From: Candidatus Eiseniibacteriota bacterium | Lineage (GTDB): Bacteria; Arandabacterota; Arandabacteria; Arandabacterales; Arandabacteraceae | Length of the DNA: 28,090 nt | Assembly: GCA_043810925.1 (NCBI GenBank) | Contig: JBDRNT010000060.1 | Location: 1 to 28,090 of the forward strand | Reading direction: 5' to 3' | Notes under the pieces: generated by a model | What the model saw: only the letters and a program-made list of their open reading frames with translations | The model's database searches: none | What the model was told of the DNA's origin: nothing | Shown: one piece after another, positions 9,654 through 17,708 of the stretch | How positions within the stretch are numbered: the stretch's first letter is position 1 | Layout of the letters: each line of letters begins with the position of its first letter | Position numbers and translations under genes: made by a program

Positions 9654-10582
9654 GAACTGTCGTAACGGGCGCCGCCGGTTTTCTGGGTTCACACCTCTGT
9701 GATTATCTGCTTGATAGAGGCCACACCGTGATCGGTCTGGACAACTTTCTGACCGGTTCGATGAAGAACATTGAACATCTCAACGCTAACGACAGTTTTC
9801 AGCTGATAAAACACGACGTGACCGAATACATCGACATCGAAGGTCCGGTGGATGCCGTGCTTCATTTCGCCTCGCCCGCAAGCCCGGTCGATTACCTCGA
9901 ATATCCGATCCAGACCTTGAAGGTGGGCGCCCTGGGGACTCATAAGGCCCTCGGGCTTGCCAAGGAAAAGGGCGGGCGGTTCTTGCTTGCATCCTCCTCG
10001 GAGGTCTACGGCGACCCGCTGGTCCATCCCCAGAAGGAGGATTACTGGGGCAACGTAAACCCGATAGGTCCGCGGGGGGTGTACGATGAGGCGAAGCGCT
10101 ATGCCGAGGCCATGGCCTTTGCGTATCGCCGCGCGCACATTGTTGATGCCAAGGTTGCCAGGATCTTTAACACCTATGGGCCGAGAATGAGGTCGGGTGA
10201 CGGCAGGGTTGTACCCAACTTCATAATGCAGGCGCTCACGGGCAAGCCTCTCACCGTCTACGGTGATGGGATGCAGACGAGGAGTTTCTGTTATGTCGGC
10301 GATCTGGTGGAAGGGATATTCAGACTTCTGATGTCCGATGCTGATGAACCTGTCAATATCGGGAATCCCTATGAGATGACCATAATTGACTTCGCCCGGA
10401 AGATTCTGGATCTTACCCGGAGTAAGAGTGACATAATCTTTGAGGATCTGCCTGTTGACGATCCCAAGGTCCGCCAGCCCGACATCGCGAGGGCGAAGCG
10501 GTTGCTCGACTGGGAGCCGAGAGTTTCCCTGGAAGACGGGTTGAAGGCGGCGATTGAGTTCTTCAAGAGTACCATCCGGTGA
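9650..10582 (+). CDS. UDP-glucuronate decarboxylase (UDP-xylose synthase-like SDR)
   Basis: ATG 9650 overlaps the rfbB stop (ATGA). [57 protein letters not shown]. Confidence 0.88.
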   Translation: MRTVVTGAAGFLGSHLCDYLLDRGHTVIGLDNFLTGSMKNIEHLNANDSFQLIKHDVTEYIDIEGPVDAVLHFASPASPVDYLEYPIQTLKVGALGTHKALGLAKEKGGRFLLASSSEVYGDPLVHPQKEDYWGNVNPIGPRGVYDEAKRYAEAMAFAYRRAHIVDAKVARIFNTYGPRMRSGDGRVVPNFIMQALTGKPLTVYGDGMQTRSFCYVGDLVEGIFRLLMSDADEPVNIGNPYEMTIIDFARKILDLTRSKSDIIFEDLPVDDPKVRQPDIARAKRLLDWEPRVSLEDGLKAAIEFFKSTIR

Positions 10583-10606
10583 TTCCCACGTGAATGGAGG
10601 ATTGTT

Positions 10607-11620
10607 ATGGTGAAGGTGGCAGTGGTAGGGGTTGGGTATTGGGGCCCGAACTTCGTAAGGATAATGGATGAGTTGCAGGAGGCCGAGCTTGCGATAGTCT
10701 GCGACAGCGACAGCAGCAAGTTCGAAAGACTGTCCGTTCTTTATCCCCACCTCAAGTTCACGGATGATCTGGAATCCGTGCTCTCCGACAAGTCGATTGA
10801 CGCTGCGGTGATTGCTACGGGTTCGAATTCCCACTTTGACATAGCGCGCAGGTGCCTGCTTGGGGACAAGCATGTCCTGGTAGAGAAACCGCTCGCACTC
10901 AGATCGTCCGATGCTGAGGAGATTGTCAAGATGGCGGTAGAGCGCGACAGGGTGCTCCTTGTGGGGCATCTCCTGAGGTACCACAAAGGCGTCGAGAAGC
11001 TTAAGACCTACATCGACGAAGGATATCTGGGCAAGATCCTCTACATCTATACATCACGCGTTAATCTGGGAAGGGTCAGAAAGGACGAGAGCGCGCTCTG
11101 GAGTCTGGCGACTCACGATGTGTCGGTCGTCAATTACCTTCTCGGGAAGCAGCCGGATTATGTGACCGCCTCGGGACAGGCCTATGTCAGAGAAGGCGTT
11201 CACGACGTGGTCTTTACGACCATGCACTTCTCCGACAACGTGATGGCCCATCTCCACGTCAGCTGGCTCGATCCCCACAAGATCAGAAAGATAACCGTTG
11301 TTGGTGATAAGAAGATGGCGGTTCTGGATGACATGCAGGCCACCGAAAAACTCAGAATCTACGACAAGGGGATCGATTTCACACCGTCCTATGGAGACTA
11401 CGGCGAATCGCTTTCGATACGAATCGGTGACATTCACATACCGAAGATAGACATGGTTGAACCTCTCAAGGTTGAGTGTCAGCACTTCATCGACTGTATA
11501 CTCAGAGGCGCCGAGCCGCTTACAGGCGGCAAGTGCGGGCTCGAGGTCGTGAGAGTACTTGAGGCGGCGGACAAATCGCTTGAGGAGAAGAGCAGGGCAA
11601 TACGGGTGGGGGAGGAATAG
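10607..11620 (+). CDS. Gfo/Idh/MocA oxidoreductase (WbpB/WlbA-like nucleotide-sugar 3-dehydrogenase)
   Basis: GVGYWG, HVLVEKP, VGHLLRY, HVSWLDP.K.R. Clustered with an acetyltransferase and an aminotransferase. Confidence 0.8.
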   Translation: MVKVAVVGVGYWGPNFVRIMDELQEAELAIVCDSDSSKFERLSVLYPHLKFTDDLESVLSDKSIDAAVIATGSNSHFDIARRCLLGDKHVLVEKPLALRSSDAEEIVKMAVERDRVLLVGHLLRYHKGVEKLKTYIDEGYLGKILYIYTSRVNLGRVRKDESALWSLATHDVSVVNYLLGKQPDYVTASGQAYVREGVHDVVFTTMHFSDNVMAHLHVSWLDPHKIRKITVVGDKKMAVLDDMQATEKLRIYDKGIDFTPSYGDYGESLSIRIGDIHIPKIDMVEPLKVECQHFIDCILRGAEPLTGGKCGLEVVRVLEAADKSLEEKSRAIRVGEE

Positions 11621-12376
11621 ATGGAACGGTTTGTGGATCCTACAGCAAAGATCGCGGCCGGAGTCGAGATGGGGACTTACGTACATATCGGGTCCGGCGT
11701 TTCTATCGGAGAAGGAAGTCGAATAGGATGTTTCGTTGTGATCCATGATGGTACGACGATCGGGAAGAATGTCTTGATAAGCGACAACTCGGTCATCGGA
11801 AAACTGCCCATGAAGGCGGCTATAAGCACCCTCAAAGCGGTTGAGTTGCCGCCGGCGGTGATTTCCGATGACTGCATCGTTGGCGCCTCCTCGGTTATCT
11901 ACAGCGGATGCAAGCTGGGTAAGGGCGTCATGGTCGCAGACCAGGCGGCGGTGAGGGAGGACGTGGAGATCGGTGATTTCACGATCGTGGGAAGAGGCGT
12001 CGTCGTTGAGAATCACAGCCGTGTCGGCAGGTACGTGAAGATTGAAACCAACGCCTATGTCACGGCCAGTACGATCATCGAGGACAGATGCTTCATCGCC
12101 CCGATGGTCGCGATGGCCAACGATAACTTCCTGGGCAGAACCCAAGAGAGGTTCAAGTGGACCAAGGGTCCGCACATAAAGAAGGGAGCAAGGATCGGCA
12201 CCAACGCAACCTTGATGCCCCGGGTGGTGATCGGAGAGGATGCGGTTGTGGGTGCGGGCGCCGTCGTAAAGCGAGATGTTCCCCCCCGGATGGTCGTGGC
12301 AGGTGTGCCGGCAGGCCAGATCAAGGATACTCCCACTGAACAGCTTCTGGAGAATCAGGGTTACCCCGAGGATTGA
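11621..12376 (+). CDS. Hexapeptide-repeat N-acetyltransferase (WbpD/WlbB-like)
   Basis: Left-handed beta-helix repeats (IGxGxxIG), FIAP.V..AND, GA.IGTNAT, VGAGAVV.RDVP..VVAGVPA. Confidence 0.8.
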   Translation: MERFVDPTAKIAAGVEMGTYVHIGSGVSIGEGSRIGCFVVIHDGTTIGKNVLISDNSVIGKLPMKAAISTLKAVELPPAVISDDCIVGASSVIYSGCKLGKGVMVADQAAVREDVEIGDFTIVGRGVVVENHSRVGRYVKIETNAYVTASTIIEDRCFIAPMVAMANDNFLGRTQERFKWTKGPHIKKGARIGTNATLMPRVVIGEDAVVGAGAVVKRDVPPRMVVAGVPAGQIKDTPTEQLLENQGYPED

Positions 12377-12390
12377 TGGAGGTTAAAGGA

Positions 12391-13497
12391 TTGAAAGTAC
12401 CTCAGTTTGATATCGCAAGGCAGTACAGGTCTATGAAGACGGAGATAGGGGATGCGGTAGACGAAGTGCTGGAGAGCGGCCAGTATGTCCTGGGCAAGTG
12501 GGTAAAGGACATCGAACTGGCGGTTGCCCGGGCCACGGGTGCACGGCATGGGATCGGAGTGGCATCCGGTACGGATGCGCTGGCACTTGCACTGATCGCC
12601 TGCGACGTGGGACCCGGTGATGAAGTGATAACGTCCCCGTTCTCTTTTGTTTCGGTTGCGGAGGTCGCAATCAGGATGGGGGCGAAGCCCGTTTTTGTCG
12701 ACATCGACAGGAAGACCTTCAACATAGATCCGGGTGATCTTAAGAAGAAGATAACGGACAGGACCAGAGCGATCATCCCCGTGCATCTTTACGGGCAGAG
12801 CGCTGACATGGATGCGGTGATGAGGCTTGTGGAAGGCACGCGCATTGCCGTCATTGAGGACGCGGCCCAGGCGATCGGTGCGCGCTACAAGGACAAACCG
12901 GTCTGCTCCATCGGAACGATGTCGTGCCTGAGTTTCTATCCTACCAAGAATCTCGGCTGTTTTGGAGACGGCGGAATGGTCCTGACGAATGACGACTCGC
13001 TCGCCGACAGGGCTGAGTCTCTGAGGCGCCACGGCCAGTCAGAGAAATACAAGTACCGGTTCGTCGGCCTCAATAGCAGGCTGGACTCCCTTCAGGCGGC
13101 GATCCTGCTGGCGAAGTTCGGCAAGCTCAAGACATGGACCGAAGCCAGACGCAAGGTCGCTTCGCGTTACGACGAGTTGCTTGCATCGACACCGGTCGAA
13201 ACACCGTATGTATCCGACTTTGCCTATCATGTCTACCATCAGTACACGATCCTGACGGATGCGAGAGACGACTTAAGAGCATTCCTCGCCGAAAAGGGGA
13301 TAGGTACTGCGACTCATTACCCGATCGGTCTTCATCTCCAGGAGGCATACGCTGATCTGGGATACAAGGAAGGCGACCTTCCGAACTGCGATTGGGCTGC
13401 GGAGCGCGTGATCTCGCTGCCCATGTTCCCGGAGCTTGAGGAGAAGGAAGTCGACTACGTAGGCGAGTCAATACAGGAGTTCTTCAAGAATGGCTGA
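12391..13497 (+). CDS. DegT/DnrJ/EryC1/StrS PLP aminotransferase (WbpE-like)
   Basis: ASGTDAL, GDEVIT, PVHLYGQ, IEDAAQA, SFYPTKNLG.FGDGG, NSRLD.LQAA. Start is probably TTG 12391 after GGAGG; ATG 12376 is the alternative. Confidence 0.88.
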   Translation: MKVPQFDIARQYRSMKTEIGDAVDEVLESGQYVLGKWVKDIELAVARATGARHGIGVASGTDALALALIACDVGPGDEVITSPFSFVSVAEVAIRMGAKPVFVDIDRKTFNIDPGDLKKKITDRTRAIIPVHLYGQSADMDAVMRLVEGTRIAVIEDAAQAIGARYKDKPVCSIGTMSCLSFYPTKNLGCFGDGGMVLTNDDSLADRAESLRRHGQSEKYKYRFVGLNSRLDSLQAAILLAKFGKLKTWTEARRKVASRYDELLASTPVETPYVSDFAYHVYHQYTILTDARDDLRAFLAEKGIGTATHYPIGLHLQEAYADLGYKEGDLPNCDWAAERVISLPMFPELEEKEVDYVGESIQEFFKNG

Positions 13498-14458
13498 AAG
13501 ACGCGCACTGGTCACGGGAGGTGCCGGTTTCATCGGCTCGCACCTTACTGAGAAGCTTCTTGAAAGAGGCTATACCGTCCACGTGATAGACGATCTCTCG
13601 ACGGGCAGTTTTGAGAATATAGCGCACCTCGAGTCCGATAAGAGATTCACGCACACAGTGGGCACCGTTCTGGATACCGCTCTGATGGCGAAGCTTATCG
13701 CCGGGTCGGACACCGTCTTTCACCTGGCTGCTGCGGTCGGTGTTGAATACGTAATCGAGAACCAGCTTAAATCAATCGAGATAAACCTCGGAGGAACTCA
13801 GGTAGTACTTGAACACGCGACCAGGGAGAAGAAGAAGGTGATTCTTTTCTCGACCTCCGAGATCTATGGGAAGAGTGAGGCGGTCCCGTTCAAGGAAGAG
13901 GATGACCGTATCCTCGGACCCACGACTCTCGCCCGGTGGAGTTACGCCGTCACAAAGGCCGTCGATGAAATCATGGCGCTTGCATATTCGCGTGAAAAGG
14001 ACCTGGCGGTCGTGATCGTCCGGTGTTTCAACACCTGCGGACCGAGACAGACCGGCCAGTATGGAATGGTGCTTCCAAGGTTCGTTACACAGGCGCTTGC
14101 GGGCAAGCCGATCACCGTCTACGGGAAGGGCACGCAGACCCGGTGTTTTGCGTCGGTCTATGATGTCGTCGAGGGCGTCTTGACACTGGCTGAATGCGAT
14201 GCTGCGGTCGGTCAGATACTGAACTTGGGGGGTAACGTGGAGGTCACGATCGACGATCTGGCCCGGAAGGTCAAGGACCTGGCAAACAGCTCATCCCCCA
14301 TAGAGCACATACCCTATGACAGGGCCTACGGTAAGGGATTTGAGGATATGATGAGACGGGTGCCGGATCTGACCAGGATCCGGTCGCTCATAGGCTATGA
14401 ACCCCGAAGCAGCCTCGACGATATCGTAAATAGCGTTATCAAACACCTGAAATCGTAA
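13490..14458 (+). CDS. NAD-dependent nucleotide-sugar epimerase/dehydratase (extended SDR)
   Basis: [34 protein letters not shown] (YxxxK), GPRQTGQYGMVLPRF. Confidence 0.85.
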   Translation: MAERRALVTGGAGFIGSHLTEKLLERGYTVHVIDDLSTGSFENIAHLESDKRFTHTVGTVLDTALMAKLIAGSDTVFHLAAAVGVEYVIENQLKSIEINLGGTQVVLEHATREKKKVILFSTSEIYGKSEAVPFKEEDDRILGPTTLARWSYAVTKAVDEIMALAYSREKDLAVVIVRCFNTCGPRQTGQYGMVLPRFVTQALAGKPITVYGKGTQTRCFASVYDVVEGVLTLAECDAAVGQILNLGGNVEVTIDDLARKVKDLANSSSPIEHIPYDRAYGKGFEDMMRRVPDLTRIRSLIGYEPRSSLDDIVNSVIKHLKS

Positions 14459-14485
14459 CATCTGCGTGCTCTCCGGTAAAATGTC

Positions 14486-14514
14486 TTGACAACACCTGCC
14501 TCCCTTCCTATGAT
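14486..14514 (+). promoter_or_regulatory. Near-consensus internal sigma70 promoter for the WecA-like gene
   Basis: TTGACA (14486-14491), 17 nt, TATGAT (14509-14514). This implies the listed ORF start at 14486 is too early. Confidence 0.75.
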
Positions 14515-14548
14515 TGCGGCGGGATGCTGTATGAAGGGAGTACGCCCT

Positions 14549-15715
14549 TTGGTAGAGATGCTTTTGTTCTCCGGGATCGGGCTTCTCGGTTTCAGCCTTT
14601 CTCTGGTCTGTGTCCCCCTGAGCAGACGGCTGTCGAAGCTTGTGCGAGCTGTTGACTTCCCGGTACCCCATAAAATCCATCGTGTACCGATGCCGCGCCT
14701 GGGCGGGGTGGCGATCTTCGGCGGGTTCTGGCTGAGCATTCTGGTTCTGCGTATGGTCCACGGAGAGGTGCTGCTCGGATTCGAACGCCAGTTGATGGGG
14801 CTCTTCATCGGCAGCTCTCTGGTGCTGGGTGTCGGCGTGCTTGACGATATATTCGGACTGAGCGCGTTTGTCAAGCTCCTGGTCGAAATCGGTGCCGCTG
14901 TGCTGGTCGTTAGTTTCGGCTTCAAGGTGCTGCCGGCCGGCAGTCTCGCCTTCATGGGTGGGTTCGGCGACATGCTTGTTCTGGCAGGAAGTGTTGTTTG
15001 GCTGGTATGGGTGACAAACGTGTTCAACCTCGCAGACGGGCTCGACGGTCTGGCCGCCGGTATCGGCGGGATAGTGAGCCTCAGCATATTCGTGATCGGT
15101 ATGAGCCTGGGAATGGCATGGGTCGGGGTGCTGAGTATAGTCCTGTTCGGTGTCTGCAGTGGTTTCCTGGTTCATAATTTCCCGCCTGCCAGGATCTTCA
15201 TGGGTGACAGTGGTAGCCTGTTCCTGGGGTTCATGTTCGCCTCCGTGATCATGGGATTCAGCGGTTCGACCGGTGTACACGGTTTCTCGTTCCTGGGTGT
15301 GCTGATGCTCGGAGTACCCATGATCGATGGCGTGAGTGCGGTTCTGAGACGGCTCATAAACGGGACGAACATTATGAAAGGCGACAGGGATCACCTTCAC
15401 TACAAGTTGCTGCTCCGTAACGGCAGTCGAAGAAGAGTCGCGTTGATCATCTACATGATGACACTGGGTTTCAGCGGCCTGGCGCTGCTGATCTACTTCA
15501 AGCTCAACGGACAGGGGCCCATGCTGGCGTTTGCGGGAACGTGCGTCGCGGCGGTGCTTTTTGTGAAGCGGTTCAGGCTCCTCGAGCTATATATCAGCAA
15601 GTACCATCTGCTACCTGGAAGAAGTGTTTCAGGTTTCCTGGTTGAAGAAGCTAAGGCAGCGGCCACAAGTGAGGCGGCTTCTGACAGCCGCGAGACTCTC
15701 ACACCTGTGACCTGA
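14549..15715 (+). CDS. MraY/WecA (GT4_WecA-like) undecaprenyl-phosphate N-acetylhexosamine-1-phosphate transferase
   Basis: KIH..PMPRLGGVAI, GVLDD, NVFNLADGLDGLA, NFPPARIFMGDSGS, D.DHLH. Start is probably TTG 14549 after aagggag; ATG 14531 or 14558 are alternatives. Confidence 0.88.
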   Translation: MVEMLLFSGIGLLGFSLSLVCVPLSRRLSKLVRAVDFPVPHKIHRVPMPRLGGVAIFGGFWLSILVLRMVHGEVLLGFERQLMGLFIGSSLVLGVGVLDDIFGLSAFVKLLVEIGAAVLVVSFGFKVLPAGSLAFMGGFGDMLVLAGSVVWLVWVTNVFNLADGLDGLAAGIGGIVSLSIFVIGMSLGMAWVGVLSIVLFGVCSGFLVHNFPPARIFMGDSGSLFLGFMFASVIMGFSGSTGVHGFSFLGVLMLGVPMIDGVSAVLRRLINGTNIMKGDRDHLHYKLLLRNGSRRRVALIIYMMTLGFSGLALLIYFKLNGQGPMLAFAGTCVAAVLFVKRFRLLELYISKYHLLPGRSVSGFLVEEAKAAATSEAASDSRETLTPVT

Positions 15716-15719
15716 TGAT

Positions 15720-16271
15720 CTATCTATAAAGGGCCTTTATTCCTCCCCACGTCCCGGCGAAGTCTTGAATTCCCGAGCCCGGTAGTTCATCAAACGAAAT
15801 GTTGTCCAACCGGATCCGCGTCCCGTCGGTATTCTCGATTCTTACGGTATACGTACCCGTCAGCAAGTTCAGCAAGTCGCTCCCGGCGACTTTTGAATAG
15901 AGAGCGTCGCTTCAGCCAATTCCCAGTCCGATGATATTGAAAGTCGAAACGAGGTCGCCACCACCGGGTTTGCCGTTTATGACTGTGGACTGGAACTCAC
16001 TCGCGGTACTGAGCAGACCCGCGGCACGTATGGAATCCGCATAGGACCCGGCGAGCGGTATGTTCACGACCAGCTCAATCCAGTCACCCGTCCAGTCGAA
16101 CCCTTCAACTGCAAGGCCGCCGCTGGCTGCACTGCAGGTCGTGACGTAAATGGTCGTACCACCCGCATTGTAGAAGGTGATGTAATGTTCCGCTTCAACC
16201 ATGATGCTCTGGGCACACGCCGCGGAGCACATCAGGACAATGAAGCTGATGATTGCCAGCATTCTAACCAA
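15720..16271 (-). CDS. Secreted CBM6/35-like protein with in-frame UGA at codon 120 (candidate selenoprotein, 183 aa) and C-terminal TWGGIKALYR motif
   Basis: RBS aaggaggtg, TTG start at 16271, signal peptide, then VEAE..ASGG..V..GDWIE CBM-like motifs. TGA 15912-15914 is followed in frame by SDALYSKVAGSDLLNLLTGTYTVRIENTDGTRIRLDNISFDELPGSGIQDFAGTWGGIKALYR* (TAG 15720-15722). Confidence 0.75.
15868..15897 (-). promoter_or_regulatory. Putative bacterial SECIS hairpin
   Basis: mRNA UUCA-A-AAGUCGC-CGGGA-GCGACUU-GC-UGAA. The apical loop starts 26 nt after the UGA and has G at its second position. Confidence 0.55.
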
Positions 16272-16306
16272 GGATTTCACCTCCTTCCATAGAACGGTTA
16301 GCAAAA

Positions 16307-16335
16307 ATATTACCATTAACGCACGCAAATTTCAA
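16307..16335 (-). promoter_or_regulatory. sigma70 promoter (extended -10) of the UGA-containing gene
   Basis: Minus strand TTGAAA, 17 nt, TG-g-TAATAT, with an AT-rich tract upstream (16336-16355). Confidence 0.7.
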
Positions 16336-16520
16336 TACAAATATTGATATATAACACAGTGCAGTGATTCCGCTCAGGGGTCACGACCCAGGGGTTAGGC
16401 ATCCAGGAGTCAGGTCTCAAGACTAAGCGCCTGTCGCGTCGGGTCCACACGGCCGAAGGGCAGGATTCCCGCGCCAGACGGTCCTTCTCCCGGTGCCGGA
16501 TCAGGGTAAACCACACTGCC

Positions 16521-17381
16521 CTACCGGTACATCGACTTTATGCTACCCTAGGTGGCAGGCTCGCTCGCGGTCGGTCCCGTGCAGAGGAGGTAGACCCTCC
16601 ACGCCAGCTCGACGGCACCGAACTGGGAGCCGTCCGGACTGGTGTCACGTCCGTCGAGGAAAGCCCGGGGTGGGCAATACGCGAAGCCCTGTCCGTAGAA
16701 ACCTGAGTGTATCGCCGGATAGTGATTCGAGTATGGACGCGGGTGGAGAGCCGGCATGCAGCCCACGTCGTGCATATCGCAGGCGTCCCTGAGCGGCGTA
16801 GCTATATTATCGGTCCCCCACGCGGGATAGATGCCATTTGAGCCCGTATGTGTCACGGTCACCAGTACCCTCGGCCTGGATGGTGGCGGCCCCGGGTTGA
16901 TTGCGCACCCGCAGATCGTGACCGGTGGATCGACGGAAATGTAGTTCCATGCAAAACCAGTCTCCCTGCGTCCGCTGTTCCAGAGCGACGGCCCAACCGG
17001 GCATCCGTACTCATCAGCACAATAGATGTCAAACTCAACAGTGAAAAGCCCAGGGTGAGTCTGACCGTAGCCGGCAAAGTCGAGCACGCGGAGCTGATCG
17101 ATCACATGGCAGTCCACCGGGCTACAGGCTCCGAATCCTCCCATTGACATGTCGCCGATCTCGAACCACTCACCGATGATGTCACCGTGGTCCCAACCCG
17201 TAAAGGCCCAGAACCAGGAGTAGGTGGGACACGGGATATAGTAGTAGTACTGGAGCATGCAGTCGGAAAGCGGCTCCGTGTCGTAATCTTCTTTAATCTG
17301 GAATGCTCTCTTCTCGAGGGCAAATGCCGAGGCGGCGACAAACAGAACCATTAGCATCACCAACGCTCTGGAGATCTTCAT
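16521..17381 (-). CDS. Secreted Cys/Trp-rich hypothetical protein with in-frame TAG (16548-16550) replacing the Trp of the C-terminal T(W)GSIKSMYR motif
   Basis: ATG 17381 after aaaggtg, with signal peptide ending ASAFA. The ORF stops at ...ASEPAT-TAG, but the frame continues GSIKSMYR-TAG (16521-16523). Confidence 0.7.
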
Positions 17382-17437
17382 GATGACCACACCTTTCTCA
17401 GGCGGTACAATCCGGCCTGCTCCTCACAGCGATAGTG

Positions 17438-17466
17438 ATTCTACCACAGAGAAACCCGTTTTTCAA
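17438..17466 (-). promoter_or_regulatory. sigma70 promoter (extended -10)
   Basis: Minus strand TTGAAA, 17 nt, TG-g-TAGAAT upstream of ATG 17381. Confidence 0.7.
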
Positions 17467-17561
17467 GCACCATGTGTTTCCGGCTTGCCAAGCATCTGCC
17501 GGTGTGTGCCATTACTCCGCAAGCGAATGTCGCAGTTCTCCCTGCGAGCTGACAGATCGCT

Positions 17562-17624
17562 GGCGTAGCCTCTTGGGCCGCAAGCGAATGCCTTTTCTGA
17601 GCAAAGCGGGCCGAGAGGTGCGCC
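17562..17624. repeat. Intergenic hairpin; copy B of the dispersed repeat
   Basis: ggcgtagcctcttgggccgc ... gcgggccgagaggtgcgcc forms an imperfect stem. Core 17575-17614 is 36/40 identical to the reverse complement of 3876-3914. Confidence 0.75.
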
Positions 17625-17644
17625 GGCGATGCCCCCCCATTTTC

Positions 17645-17673
17645 TTGACTGCCACCATTGGCTGTGTTAGCTT
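17645..17673 (+). promoter_or_regulatory. sigma70 promoter for the serS operon
   Basis: TTGACT (17645-17650), 17 nt, TG-t-TAGCTT (17668-17673). Confidence 0.55.
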
Positions 17674-17708
17674 CACACCAAACTTAATAGCGGAAGTGAG
17701 CCTAAGAT

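Noticed and set aside
9689-15400. Long minus-strand ORFs (9689-10984, 11054-12175, 12361-13032, 14291-15400)
   Set aside because: They are antisense shadows of well-conserved plus-strand enzymes in GC-rich DNA and have no recognisable motifs.
15912-16550. Genome-wide stop-codon reassignment (UGA or UAG) as the explanation of the two in-frame stops
   Set aside because: TGA and TAG end conserved genes at their expected C-termini (for example serS and rfbB with TGA; ugd and rimI with TAG), and no other gene has internal stops.
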